A DNA stretch of 64,000 nucleotides from Spirochaetota bacterium (GCA_965208615.1 CBDBPB010000003.1:32001-96000); one strand, 5' to 3'. Positions 19,860 through 30,979 are shown, counted from the first letter of the stretch. Translations and numbers: made by a program. The notes: generated by a model not told the origin, from the letters alone.

Positions 19860-20025
19860 CTAGTTCACCACTAAATAAATGCTTCATTTTTTTTATATTT
19901 TCCATACCTATTTTTGACAGTTTGTTTTTGTATATTATATCAAGTTCTTTTTTGTCGAATAAAACTAATTGATTAGTTAATTTTCTACCTGTTTTTTTAG
20001 CTGTATGTTTTATTTGTGCTTTCAT
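19843..20025 (-). CDS. Small basic hypothetical protein (60 aa)
   Basis: GGAGA RBS before ATG 20025 (MKAQIKHTAKK...). Confidence 0.5.
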   Translation of the reverse strand: MKAQIKHTAKKTGRKLTNQLVLFDKKELDIIYKNKLSKIGMENIKKMKHLFSGELVSETV

Positions 20026-20311
20026 ATATTCTCCAATATACTTTATAATTACTATACAAGAAAAAGTTAAAAAAAGCACAAAATACAAAAAAATTATTAA
20101 AAATATTCAATTTTGATGTTGTCTTTTTCAAGCCAAATTTGTTAGATTTTCTTATGAATTTATTCAACAATTATAGCTTCCCTTGTTTGGATAGTCTGTG
20201 ATCCAAGTAAACGCAAATTGACAAAAGTTATCATTTTGTTTTTTAGTATTTTTAAATAGTATATGGCAAACCAACTAATTAACTAATATTACGTTAATAA
20301 AGGGGAATAAT

Positions 20312-21856
20312 ATGGCTAATAGAAACCGTGAACAGTGGAAAAGTCAATTCGGATTTATTATGGCCGCTGTTGGATCTGCAATAGGACTCGGTAATATATG
20401 GAGATTCCCATATATGGCCTATGAAAATGGTGGTGGTGCATTTCTCATCCCTTATCTAGTTGCACTATTGACCGCTGGAATACCTCTTTTAATTTTAGAG
20501 TTTGGTATTGGTCATGAGCGTATAGGTAGTGCACCTCTGGCTTTTAGAAAATATCATAAACAATGGGAATGGCTTGGTTGGTGGGCTGTAATCTTTGTTA
20601 TGTTTGGGATAGAGCTTTATTATAATGTTATAATATCGTGGTGTGCTAACTATTTTACCCTTGCATTTACAAAAGGATGGGGTAGTGATCCAGGGAATTA
20701 TTTTACCAACTCTTTCCTCAATATAACTAAAAGCCCCTTTGAACTTGGTAATATACAAATCCATATTGTTATAGCATTAGCTGTTATCTGGTTTGTTAAC
20801 TGGTTTATTGTTTATAGAGGTATAAAAAAAGGCATTGAACTCGCTAATAAAATATTTATGCCCCTACTATTAATCTTGATCAGCATACTCGTATTTTGGA
20901 CCATGACACTAGACGGCGCCATGGATGGACTAAAAACATATTTTACTCCTGACTTTTCTAAACTTACAAATCCCAAAATATGGATTGATGCCTATGGACA
21001 AATCTTCTTTTCTCTCAGCTTGGGCTTTGGTATTATGATTGCCTATGCTAGCTATTTACCCAAAAATGCTAACATCACTAGAGCAGGTATACTAACTGCC
21101 CTACTAAATAGTGGATTCTCTCTTTTCGCTGGTATTGCCGTATTTAACGTACTTGGCTTTATGGCTAACTCTATTGCCGTAAAAGAAGGTATTACCTTTG
21201 TCGAGGCTATCAAAAAAGTAGTAAGCCATGGACCAAGCCTCGCATTTGTTACATATCCAAAAGCTCTTAACCTTTTACCATCCATTGGTACTGTCTTTGG
21301 AGTATTGTTTTTCCTATCCCTTATTGTAGCAGGCCTTTCATCTTCCGTATCCATTATAGAGGCGTTCGTATCCGCTATGGTGGATAAGTTTAACTTTAAC
21401 CGTAAAAAACTTGTTACTATTATCTCATTCCTTGGATTTTTAGGAGGAATAGTCTTTACCACAGGCGGTGGACTGTTCTGGCTGGATATAGTCGATCACT
21501 TTCTAACCCAGTACGGCTTGGTATTAGTCGGACTCTTTGAATGCATTGTAGTAGGATGGTTCTTCAAAATAAATGTATTAAGAAACCATATTAATGGTAT
21601 ATCCACTTTTAGACTGGGTAAGTGGTGGAACGAAATGATAAAAATATTTGTACCCTTAGTATTAATGTTAATAATAGGAGGAGCGTTTTTTAACGAAATA
21701 GCTAAACCTTATGGCAATTATAGCTGGACAAGCCTTATCCTAATCGGAGTGCTATGGCTCATTATAACAATTATAGCCGCAGTAATGGTAGGCTCAAAAC
21801 AATGGAGAACAAATATAGATAATCATAAAACTAGAGTCGACTATACAGCAAATTAA
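20312..21856 (+). CDS. Sodium-dependent transporter, NSS (neurotransmitter:sodium symporter) family
   Basis: REQW.S..GFIMAAVGSAIGLGNIWRFPY, GGGAFLIPY, QIFFSLSLGFG. Confidence 0.95.
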   Translation: MANRNREQWKSQFGFIMAAVGSAIGLGNIWRFPYMAYENGGGAFLIPYLVALLTAGIPLLILEFGIGHERIGSAPLAFRKYHKQWEWLGWWAVIFVMFGIELYYNVIISWCANYFTLAFTKGWGSDPGNYFTNSFLNITKSPFELGNIQIHIVIALAVIWFVNWFIVYRGIKKGIELANKIFMPLLLILISILVFWTMTLDGAMDGLKTYFTPDFSKLTNPKIWIDAYGQIFFSLSLGFGIMIAYASYLPKNANITRAGILTALLNSGFSLFAGIAVFNVLGFMANSIAVKEGITFVEAIKKVVSHGPSLAFVTYPKALNLLPSIGTVFGVLFFLSLIVAGLSSSVSIIEAFVSAMVDKFNFNRKKLVTIISFLGFLGGIVFTTGGGLFWLDIVDHFLTQYGLVLVGLFECIVVGWFFKINVLRNHINGISTFRLGKWWNEMIKIFVPLVLMLIIGGAFFNEIAKPYGNYSWTSLILIGVLWLIITIIAAVMVGSKQWRTNIDNHKTRVDYTAN

Positions 21857-21917
21857 AAATTATATGCTTAAATTGACTATAATAAATAACTAACTTATCT
21901 TTTAATAAAAAACTAAT

Positions 21918-22646
21918 TTGAGACTAAATAAATACTTATCCCAATGCGGCATTGCATCAAGAAGAAAATGTGAAAAATATATCCTAAAAGGATATCTATC
22001 CATAAATAATGTAGTCGTAAAAGATCTTGCAACATCCGTCAACATAAACAAGGACAAAATTAAATTTAAACAAAAAGAAATACATCTACCAAAAAAACTG
22101 TCCTATTACCTGCTAAATAAACCTAAGGGATATATTGTCAGCTCATTTGACCCCCATCACAAAGAAACCGTATACAAACTTATAAAAAATGTTAAAGAAA
22201 GAATCTTTCACGTAGGTAGACTCGATTACGACTCAGAAGGTGCATTGCTATTCACAAACGATGGAGAGCTAAGTCATAAACTATTACACCCCAAATATAG
22301 TATTCCAAAAAAGTATTACGTAAAAGTAAACGGAGAATTAACAAATAAATTAATATATAACCTTAGGTCTGGTGTCAGGCTGGATGAAGGAATAACCAAT
22401 AAAGCTATAATAAAACTCGAACATCGTTCAAAAAATAACTCCGCTTTCTATATAACCATATCCCAAGGCTGGAAAAGACAAATAAAACGTATGGTTAACT
22501 CCATAGGCCTTAAAGTAACCTATTTACGAAGGGATAGCTTTGCTAACCTATCAATCGCTAATATAAAAATAGGTCACTGGGTAAAACTATCACAAAAACA
22601 AATATTATCCCTAAAACAACTTGTTAGCGAAAAGAGTAGTAAATGA
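21918..22646 (+). CDS. rRNA pseudouridine synthase, RluB/RsuA family
   Basis: S4 domain RLNKYL..CG.ASRR, NKPKG, catalytic GRLD. Confidence 0.92.
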   Translation: MRLNKYLSQCGIASRRKCEKYILKGYLSINNVVVKDLATSVNINKDKIKFKQKEIHLPKKLSYYLLNKPKGYIVSSFDPHHKETVYKLIKNVKERIFHVGRLDYDSEGALLFTNDGELSHKLLHPKYSIPKKYYVKVNGELTNKLIYNLRSGVRLDEGITNKAIIKLEHRSKNNSAFYITISQGWKRQIKRMVNSIGLKVTYLRRDSFANLSIANIKIGHWVKLSQKQILSLKQLVSEKSSK

Positions 22647-23815
22647 ATAAATATTTATATCTGCTTATAATATTAATAATCTCTAACTCAGCCTATACGT
22701 TAAAAAAACCATATTCCCAAAAAAACATTAAACCTATTTTTAACTCTAATCCTTTGTGGATACTAAAATCAAAAAAGAAAATTATATCATCGCCAGTTGG
22801 GAGTAAGGGTATTATATACTTCGGAGACCTAAATAATCACGTATACGCAGTCCACGCCAAAAAAGGCAGTGTAATATGGTATAAAAAACTCAAAAGTAAT
22901 AAAAATCCCATTGGTATATATCGTAGCCCTCTTATTTATAAGAATATGCTAATAGTCGTCAATGGCGATGGTTATGTATACGCCTTCAACAAAAACAATG
23001 GACAACTTATTTGGAAACCTAAAAATCTAGAGGAACAAGTATATTCATCCCCAGTAATAAAAAAAGGATATATTTTTATTACCACTGCTGAAAAAGGTCA
23101 TCTGTGGATTATCAACGCTAAAAATGGTGAACTCTTTTTTAAAAAACCTATAAAAATAGGAAGTCCTGTTTATGTAAGGCCTATTGTAGAAGCCAATCAT
23201 ATAAAAAATACTAACGGATTTAACCTAAAAAAAACGAAAACTTTTAGTTATTTTAGAGTCCACATGATAGCTCCTTATAAAATAATTAGCTATAATATAT
23301 TTCCTAGTAAAAAATACTCTAGGCTGAAAGATATTAATATAAAAGCTAAAACGCTTTCTGAGCCTGTTAAATACTTATCAAGCGTATACTTTATTAATAG
23401 TCAATTTTTATACTGTCTTAAATTAAAACCTAGGTATATTGCGTGGATAAAAAGAATAAACTTTAAAAAAGAAAAACCTATCCATAAAATAAATATACCC
23501 TCTCCATTGCTAACTCCTAAAACTATATTTATAAAAAATCGTGCTTATAACACAAATAACGGCTCCATCAAGTGGATTAAGTGGATAAAAGGTGAGGTTA
23601 CTAATAAACCAGCTATAAGCTCTGATATATTATATATAGGTGGACGGTATACATTATACAATAAGTTATACGGCTTTGTTGCCGGAATAAATATAGTAAA
23701 AGATAGGATTATTTTTTGGTACAGCCTGCCTAAACCTATTATCTCACCCATATATATTTATAACAAAATGCTATACTTTACTACCGATGATAAAAAACTC
23801 TTTGCATTAAAATAA
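22643..23815 (+). CDS. Secreted PQQ-like beta-propeller repeat protein (BamB-like)
   Basis: Repeated SSP...VYA....G..IW blades; signal peptide. Confidence 0.8.
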   Translation: MNKYLYLLIILIISNSAYTLKKPYSQKNIKPIFNSNPLWILKSKKKIISSPVGSKGIIYFGDLNNHVYAVHAKKGSVIWYKKLKSNKNPIGIYRSPLIYKNMLIVVNGDGYVYAFNKNNGQLIWKPKNLEEQVYSSPVIKKGYIFITTAEKGHLWIINAKNGELFFKKPIKIGSPVYVRPIVEANHIKNTNGFNLKKTKTFSYFRVHMIAPYKIISYNIFPSKKYSRLKDINIKAKTLSEPVKYLSSVYFINSQFLYCLKLKPRYIAWIKRINFKKEKPIHKINIPSPLLTPKTIFIKNRAYNTNNGSIKWIKWIKGEVTNKPAISSDILYIGGRYTLYNKLYGFVAGINIVKDRIIFWYSLPKPIISPIYIYNKMLYFTTDDKKLFALK

Positions 23816-24145
23816 TTATATTTAATGTCTTTTCCTACTTTACTACAAAATACTATCATCCTGTAGACTACTTTAAAAGCATTCTAAAATAGAAATGTTT
23901 AATATTTACATTATATGCTAGTTAATAATGTTTTTTTTATTATTTAAACCTATAAGAAAAAGACCTTCTGTTCTAACTATTAGAAAGTTTGCCCACAATA
24001 AAAAAAGAAAATATCTTATTTTATTGAAAATAACCTTCAAAAATAATTCTTTCATATTATATTTTTTTATAGAGGGTATTAAATTACTTTTATGGTATTT
24101 TTCTTATATTTTAGCTAATATACCCATTAAAAAGAGAGAGCTTAT

Positions 24146-24850
24146 ATGAAAATATTGTTGGGGATAGATGATTATTATGCTAATGATAGACTCGCTATTA
24201 AACTCGTAGAAGAAGGTATTGAACCTCACAAAGTTAACGACTATACCAATATTATGCCTGATATAGAAAAATATGAAGCTGATACCATACTATTAGATAT
24301 AGACCTACCATATTATAACGATTTTAAAACTATAAAAGATATAAAAACTAAATTACCAGATATAAATATTATTGTCATTAGCTCTAAAACAAATATTGAC
24401 TTTGTTAAACAAATTATGTCCTTAGGTGTATATGGAATAGTATCCAAACTGGATATTACTAAAGAACAATTCCTAAATATGATGACTCTTTTGGATCAGC
24501 TTAAAACAAAAAAAAATGAACTAAGAAAACATATCCGTGTTAAACCTGCAGAAAATCAGCATAACTTCTTTAGCATTAGTATAAATGCTATTAAAGCTAG
24601 TTATTCCGGTACAATTAAAGATATTAGTCTTGGGGGAATAGCTATTAGTTTTACAAAGCCTCCTCCAGATTCTTTATTCTTTAGAGGTAAAGAAATCGTT
24701 ATTAACGTCGAGTTAAACCATATTAATATGCAGTTAAAAGGAATAATAGTACTAAAAAGAGGACTAGATGCTGCCATATTGTTTAAAGACTTATTTTCTA
24801 CATATAAAAAATTGCTAGCTGAATATATAATACTACAAATAGGTCAATAA
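24146..24850 (+). CDS. Receiver domain plus PilZ domain protein
   Basis: REC: IDD, LLDID, SK; PilZ: RKHIR (RxxxR) and DISLGG (DxSxxG). Confidence 0.82.
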   Translation: MKILLGIDDYYANDRLAIKLVEEGIEPHKVNDYTNIMPDIEKYEADTILLDIDLPYYNDFKTIKDIKTKLPDINIIVISSKTNIDFVKQIMSLGVYGIVSKLDITKEQFLNMMTLLDQLKTKKNELRKHIRVKPAENQHNFFSISINAIKASYSGTIKDISLGGIAISFTKPPPDSLFFRGKEIVINVELNHINMQLKGIIVLKRGLDAAILFKDLFSTYKKLLAEYIILQIGQ

Positions 24851-24969
24851 AATAGTTAATTTAGACATTCAATTATAATTAGTTGTCTTTAAAACTTTCA
24901 AACAATCAACTATAACAAAGTAAATTGCTATGCTTGTAATCTTTAATTTATAAGTACCCTAAAAGTAAA

Positions 24970-25491
24970 ATGGCAAATAAACCAATTTCATTCTCCAACT
25001 CCAGAATAAAAATTGTTATTAATAACTTTGTATGCAAAAAAGCAAAAAAAGATAAAATATTTATCCACTCAGACGAAATAGAAGTTCTATTATTATCCAT
25101 TTCAAGCATAGATACAGAAGAAATCCATAACCTTAAACAAAAAGAAAAATCATTTTTTATAAGCTTTCTTAAACAACTAAAAAAAAGTATTGAGGATAAA
25201 TCCGGTAAACTCTTATTCCTAACAATAAGAGAAGGTGATCATATAATAATAGACAGCTGGCACGCTACTTATAACGACTGGGAAATAGAAAGTAAATCAC
25301 GTAAAAATGATTTTCTAATACTCAGAGATAACTATTTTAAAATAAAAGAAAAGTTCCCTGCTATAAAGTCCATAGAAGACTATATCTCAGTAGTAAATAT
25401 GCTGACCAATAAACAATTAATATCCTTTTTTAAGAGCCAAAAAAAGGTTAATCAAATCAAACGTATAATTAGTATAGTCAAAAACCTCTAA
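24970..25491 (+). CDS. Hypothetical protein
   Basis: 173-aa ORF filling the space between genes; no motif recognised. Confidence 0.6.
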   Translation: MANKPISFSNSRIKIVINNFVCKKAKKDKIFIHSDEIEVLLLSISSIDTEEIHNLKQKEKSFFISFLKQLKKSIEDKSGKLLFLTIREGDHIIIDSWHATYNDWEIESKSRKNDFLILRDNYFKIKEKFPAIKSIEDYISVVNMLTNKQLISFFKSQKKVNQIKRIISIVKNL

Positions 25492-27017
25492 GACTCAACT
25501 ACAACATCCTTTTTACTAGAAAGCTTTGACCTTCTTACAGACTGTATAATAGATACAATAGCAACATAAGAAAAACTAATACTAAATGCAATAGGAAAAA
25601 ATGCTGATATATATACACCATAAGCAAAACAATAATAAGTAACTAACATTGCATACATAGCCGCTATTAACTCTAAATACGTAACCATACCAATAGGTGT
25701 AACATATTTTTTAGCCTGCCATTTATCACTATTACCACCAACGTTAAACTTTGGAGTCCTTATGAAAGTAGACTTCTTACCAATAATAGCCTCTATAAAA
25801 GCAATAGTAATGTGTACAGCAATACCTAAACCGTGTAAGAAAAGATATGGCAACCATTTTAGTCGTTTAGTCCATGATCCAGTTATCTGCTTTTGAGAAT
25901 ACATAAAGAAAAAAGAAGGAGCCATAGTCCCCAATAACATAAAAATCATTCCAATCAATGTTGCCAAAGGATAACCCTTAAATATATAATCATTAAAAAA
26001 CTCGTGCTGAACACCAAGTAATGGAAACATCCACAATATATTGAAAAGCATAAGAGGGTGAACAGAATAATGAGAAAGATGTACTACACCTTCCAGCTTC
26101 TTTTTGAGAGGAAAAGGAGCTATTAACATTTTCCACATTAACTTAATCGCACATTGAATAGATCCCTTTGCCCATCTGAACTGCTGACCCTTAAATCCAG
26201 TCATCTCTACAGGTAGTTCTGCCGGACTTATAACATTTTGTAAAAAAATAAAACGCCAACCCTTTAACTGACACCTATAACTAAGATCTAAATCTTCTGT
26301 AAGAGTATCCCCAGACCAGTTTCCTCCATCATAAATACACCTCTTTCTCCAAATACCCGCAGTACCATTAAAATTAAGCCATAACTCATAATTACTTCTA
26401 GTAGTCTGTTCGAGCATAAAATGTCCATCAATACCCAATACTTGTGCCTTTGTAAGACTAGAATAATCCTCGTTTATATGTCCCCATCTGGTTTGTACCA
26501 TTCCAATATTAGGATCTTCAAAGTGATGAACCGTTTTCATCAAAAAATCTTTAGGAGGTAAAAAGTCAGAGTCAAAAATAGCAATAAACTCACCACTTGC
26601 ACTCTCCATTCCATCTTTTAAAGCCCCAGCCTTTTGATCAACCCTATTAACCCTATGGATATATTTTATATCATATCCATGTTCTTGGTATTCTCTTACT
26701 AATTTCTTTAAAATATCCTGAGTTTCATCAATAGAATCATCCAAAACCTGTACTTCAAAAAGATTTTTAGGATAATCCATTTCCATAACCTTTCTAACAA
26801 GCCTTTCTGAAACGTATAACTCATTGAATATGGGTAATTGTATGGTTACCTTAGGAAGCTCTTCATTTGTTTTTGCAACATCAGAAAGCTTTAAAACAGA
26901 TTTCTTTTTATACCTATGATACAAGTAAACAACTAAATAATAATGAAAGCCGTAAATAAACATTAAAAATGTATTTATTACATAAACAGAAATAACAAAA
27001 TACTCATAAAAACCCAT
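25488..27017 (-). CDS. Processive GT2 glycosyltransferase (cellulose synthase-like / glucomannan synthase-like)
   Basis: VTIQLPIFNE, QVLDDS, KAGAL, FDSDF, TED, QQFRW, FIRTPK; TM helices at both ends. Confidence 0.92.
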   Translation of the reverse strand: MGFYEYFVISVYVINTFLMFIYGFHYYLVVYLYHRYKKKSVLKLSDVAKTNEELPKVTIQLPIFNELYVSERLVRKVMEMDYPKNLFEVQVLDDSIDETQDILKKLVREYQEHGYDIKYIHRVNRVDQKAGALKDGMESASGEFIAIFDSDFLPPKDFLMKTVHHFEDPNIGMVQTRWGHINEDYSSLTKAQVLGIDGHFMLEQTTRSNYELWLNFNGTAGIWRKRCIYDGGNWSGDTLTEDLDLSYRCQLKGWRFIFLQNVISPAELPVEMTGFKGQQFRWAKGSIQCAIKLMWKMLIAPFPLKKKLEGVVHLSHYSVHPLMLFNILWMFPLLGVQHEFFNDYIFKGYPLATLIGMIFMLLGTMAPSFFFMYSQKQITGSWTKRLKWLPYLFLHGLGIAVHITIAFIEAIIGKKSTFIRTPKFNVGGNSDKWQAKKYVTPIGMVTYLELIAAMYAMLVTYYCFAYGVYISAFFPIAFSISFSYVAIVSIIQSVRRSKLSSKKDVVVES

Positions 27018-27315
27018 AATAAATACCCTAAAAAATGATAGTCGATTACAAGATAATATTTAATAAAAAGTAAAAATATAATTATTATAATATTTTCAAG
27101 CTATCTTATTAAATATATTTATCAATATGTTTTGTGAAAGATTAAAGGTAAACTTAACTATAAAGAAGTTAATTATCAAGTAAAAAGTATCAAAATTATT
27201 TTTTATTATTCTTTATAGGTTAATACGTAGACTAGAATAAAAGTTGTTAATTAATAATAAATTAAAAAAACGTATGGTTATCTTAACTATAAATAAAAAA
27301 AGTTAAAATAAAATA

Positions 27316-27759
27316 TCACTCTTTACTCTTTTTACTATCACGGTATGCCTTAAGACCCCAACCACTTCCAAGCCCTCCTATAAACGCTATAGCATACTTT
27401 ATTAGATCCTCATACACTTTAGGATGATTATCTAGTAAGCTATATGTGAAAAAAACAATTATAAAAATAAAAACAAATACACCTATTACGAAATAAAAGA
27501 AATTATATTTTCTATCTGATTCACGATCTTTGTACTTATATTCTTGGTCTTTTGTATTTAACTCTATTATAGCAGATATAGCTTTATTATCTATTTTATC
27601 AGAAATACTTCTGGATTCCCCAATTTGCCCTATTATTGCTTTTCCCATTATTTCTTCAGCACTATTCATTAATTTCAACATATCTGCTTGTTCAGTATCT
27701 AAATTATTTTTATCAGAACTATCAGGCTTTTCATCTGGCATGATTTTTTTCTCCATCAC
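27316..27759 (-). CDS. Hypothetical two-TM membrane protein (DUF2335-like architecture)
   Basis: Acidic N-terminus, helical segment, two TM helices ending FIGGLGSGWG.K. Confidence 0.65.
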   Translation of the reverse strand: MMEKKIMPDEKPDSSDKNNLDTEQADMLKLMNSAEEIMGKAIIGQIGESRSISDKIDNKAISAIIELNTKDQEYKYKDRESDRKYNFFYFVIGVFVFIFIIVFFTYSLLDNHPKVYEDLIKYAIAFIGGLGSGWGLKAYRDSKKSKE

Positions 27760-27958
27760 TATTGATGTATTTATCTACTAATAAATTAATATTTTTATCT
27801 ATCAAGTTAGTAAGCATATTTTCAATAAGAAAAGAACTAGAAAAAACTAAAAGAACTTTTAGGTCATCGTTACTTAAAATATTAGCTTTAGTCAACTTTA
27901 TAAAACAATTAGATGTATTTTTGAAATCTTCTATATCAAAAAGTTTTGATTTTACCAT
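27731..27958 (-). CDS. Small hypothetical protein overlapping the next gene
   Basis: 75-aa ORF, same strand, 29-bp overlap. Confidence 0.4.
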   Translation of the reverse strand: MVKSKLFDIEDFKNTSNCFIKLTKANILSNDDLKVLLVFSSSFLIENMLTNLIDKNINLLVDKYINSDGEKNHAR

Positions 27959-28245
27959 AGTAGCTATAACCTTTAAACTTTATTTAAAACGTTCTATTTA
28001 ATAAAACACTATTATAATTATACCTTTCTATAAAGATAAACTTAATAGATAATATTTAAAAAATCAAATACAAGTCGGACTTTATTATTAATTTTTAAAA
28101 GTTATAGTCTATCTTTTAAAGATAGATTGCTATTATTTAAGTTAAAAAAAACATATTTTATAAGCTTAAATAAATCTTTTGACTATTACAAATGTTTGGC
28201 GATATTTATAATATAAAAAATTAAGTATATAGTTTAATAAGTAAT

Positions 28246-28887
28246 ATGAAAGCAGATCCGAAAAAACTTAAAGCAAAAGACTTCTTTAAAAAAAGTAACG
28301 ACTTCTTTAATGCAAAACAATATCCAGACGTTATTAACCTTTGTAAAGAAGCATTAAGTATGGATCCTAAATATAGAGAGCCATATTTAAGAATAGGTAA
28401 TGTATATGCCTTTTTCCAGCGATATGATGATGCTCAAACTAATTATAACAAGTTCCTAAAATATAGTATAGAAGATAATCACCAATATGATATCTCAAGG
28501 GCATATAATGCCATGGGCTATCTTTATACCTTGCAAATGAATATAAAGGATTCTTTAAAATATTATTATATGTCGTTAACTATAAGCAAAAAAATTAATA
28601 AGCCAAAAGATATATCAAGATCCTATAACAATATTGCTCTTGCACATCGTCTTGAAAAAAACTTCAATAAGGCATTTTACTTTTATAAAAAAGCAATTAA
28701 AACTAGTAAAAACTCCAAAGACTTGTCCATGATAGCCTATTACTACTTTAATATTTCAATTATGTTCAAAGAAAACGAAAGATATATAAAAGCGACCTAT
28801 TATATGTATAAATTTAAAAAGTTATATAAATCCATAAAAAAAAGAGGCCTAAAACTACTATCTTCAAAACAAGACTTTATACAATAA
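28246..28887 (+). CDS. Tetratricopeptide repeat protein
   Basis: AL..DP....PY..IG and SRAYN.MG / SRSYNNIA repeats. Confidence 0.85.
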   Translation: MKADPKKLKAKDFFKKSNDFFNAKQYPDVINLCKEALSMDPKYREPYLRIGNVYAFFQRYDDAQTNYNKFLKYSIEDNHQYDISRAYNAMGYLYTLQMNIKDSLKYYYMSLTISKKINKPKDISRSYNNIALAHRLEKNFNKAFYFYKKAIKTSKNSKDLSMIAYYYFNISIMFKENERYIKATYYMYKFKKLYKSIKKRGLKLLSSKQDFIQ

Positions 28888-28891
28888 TATA

Positions 28892-29623
28892 CTATATATC
28901 AAGTAAGTCTTTAAGATGATCTTTAATAACTTTACTATCAGGTGCTTTTTCAAAGGCCTTCTTAAGATATTCCATTGCACTATAATCATCTTGTTTTTTA
29001 TAATAACCCCAGCCAATAGAGTCAAGATATGCCGGAGTATTAGGTTTTAGCTTTAAGGCATGCTTACACAAATCTATTCCCTCATCAATATTCTCATTAG
29101 ACTCTATTAATATTACCCCAATAGAGTTATAAGCATTGGCATTAGTATCATCTATTTTTATAACCTTATTATAATATTCTTTAGCCTTATCATAATCTTT
29201 TTCTTTATAATGAATATAGCCCAAAATTGATAATATATTGGTATTATCCTTATCATACAAAATAACCTTATTCAAAAAATCCTTTGCATTACTATAGTCC
29301 TCCTGACAAGTATAAATATAAGCCAGAATAGACTGAACTCTTTCTAAATAAACATATTCATGTTTTGACATAACTATTTCGTTAAAATGGATAATTGCAT
29401 TATTAAAGTCCATTTTCTTTGTATAAATCAATCCAAGGTAATAATGAGCTTCAAGATTCTCAGGATCACTATTAACACAGCCTTTTAAAGACTCAATACT
29501 ATGGTTATAGTCTTCATTCCAATATGCCTCTTTTCCACTATTAAGAAGTTCCTCAGTTTTTTTATGGGATAAGTCATCAGATATATCTATATGATCCCAC
29601 ATTCCCTCAAAGTCATCATTCAT
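28892..29623 (-). CDS. Tetratricopeptide repeat protein
   Basis: AHYYLG, LSILGYI, AYNSIG, AYLDSIGWGYY. Confidence 0.88.
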   Translation of the reverse strand: MNDDFEGMWDHIDISDDLSHKKTEELLNSGKEAYWNEDYNHSIESLKGCVNSDPENLEAHYYLGLIYTKKMDFNNAIIHFNEIVMSKHEYVYLERVQSILAYIYTCQEDYSNAKDFLNKVILYDKDNTNILSILGYIHYKEKDYDKAKEYYNKVIKIDDTNANAYNSIGVILIESNENIDEGIDLCKHALKLKPNTPAYLDSIGWGYYKKQDDYSAMEYLKKAFEKAPDSKVIKDHLKDLLDI

Positions 29624-29665
29624 TATAAAGCAACTCTATATAATAATTTTAATATTATAACCCAA

Positions 29666-30421
29666 CTAAAGGCTATTTAAATAATAAGTTTTTAGCTCAT
29701 TCATAGACTCATACGATGTTGTATCAAGTTGAAGCGGCGTTATAGAGATATAATTATTTTCAACTGCTACAAAGTCACTTTTTTCTTTAAAGCTATATGT
29801 AGGAAGCTCTCCCCCTATCCAATAGCAGGTCCAACCAAAAGGAGTTTCAGACTCTAAAACCTTATCTCTATATATCCTCTTTCCAAGAGATGTTATTTGT
29901 ACTCCTTTAATATTTTCCTTTGTGGTATTAGGAAAGTTTACATTAAGGAGAATACCTTCTTTCAAAGGATGTTTTATTGTTTTACTTATTATTTTTTTTG
30001 CAAAGTAAGATGCCATATTAAATTCTTTTTTTTGGTAGTAACCATCTATAGAAAAGGCTATTGCTGGAATATTATGAAAACATGCTTCTCTAGCTGCTGC
30101 CACAGTACCGGAGTAAAAGGTATCTATTCCCATATTAGGACCGTTATTAATGCCAGAGACTACCATATCTATTTTATCTTTTAAAAAACTGTTTAAGGCT
30201 ATCTTTACACAATCCGCAGGGGAGCCTTTTAAGCTAAAAGCATTTTCACCTATCTGTTTTAAAACAAGAGGTTCGGTTACTGATATTTGATGGCTACAAG
30301 CACTCTTTTCAAACTCTGGAGCAACAATATAAACATTATAACTTAGTTCACTAAGTGCTTTTTTAAGGTTAGCTATCCCCTCTGTATAAATACCATCATC
30401 ATTAGTTAATAAAATATTCAT
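29666..30421 (-). CDS. surE: 5'/3'-nucleotidase SurE
   Basis: ILLTNDDG, G.PADC, VSGIN.G.N.G, YSGTVAAA.E, ISITPL. Confidence 0.96.
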   Translation of the reverse strand: MNILLTNDDGIYTEGIANLKKALSELSYNVYIVAPEFEKSACSHQISVTEPLVLKQIGENAFSLKGSPADCVKIALNSFLKDKIDMVVSGINNGPNMGIDTFYSGTVAAAREACFHNIPAIAFSIDGYYQKKEFNMASYFAKKIISKTIKHPLKEGILLNVNFPNTTKENIKGVQITSLGKRIYRDKVLESETPFGWTCYWIGGELPTYSFKEKSDFVAVENNYISITPLQLDTTSYESMNELKTYYLNSL

Positions 30422-30484
30422 AAAATCTATTTTGTAATTCGTATTATAATACTAAAAACTATATCCAAGCTTATTTTGTATAGT

Positions 30485-30558
30485 TCGGGCAGACAGGATT
30501 TGAACCTGCGACCACTAGACCCCCAGTCTAGCACGCTACCTAACTGCGTTACTGCCCG
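30485..30558 (-). tRNA. tRNA-Pro (anticodon GGG), CCA not encoded
   Basis: Minus strand CGGGCAG...CTAGA-CTGGGGG-TCTAG...GGTTCAAATCC...CTGCCCGA cloverleaf. Confidence 0.95.
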
Positions 30559-30979
30559 CTAATAGGTTAAATATAACCTATTTAAATAATAAAAACATTT
30601 CTATAAAGTTTAAACTATTCTTTTAATTTATTTTGTATATAATAGTAATTAATTATACAAAAAACAATATCTTTTTTTAAATGTATATCACTTATTAATA
30701 GACTTATAAAACATAATGTCAATTATATATTAATAAAATGTCAATAGTATGATAAAATAATAGATTTTTTTGATGATAACTAATATGTTAACTAATAAAA
30801 AAAAATATGTATCCGACAAAAGTTGATATAGTTTAAGTTTTAAACAAATTATTCGTTTCTTTTATATTATGCTAGTTTCTTTTATATAAGAAATTAGCTA
30901 GTTTTAAACTAAATGACAATATAATAACAATAAGAATAATAAACTAATTTATAAATAATAAATATTAACAGGAGCTTAT

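Noticed and set aside
23928-24149. 73-aa ORF upstream of the REC-PilZ gene
   Set aside because: Low-complexity F/K/I/L translation of AT-rich promoter DNA with no RBS
30485-30558. tRNA-anchored island or prophage
   Set aside because: No integrase, no duplicated tRNA 3' end noticed, and the flanks are core genes
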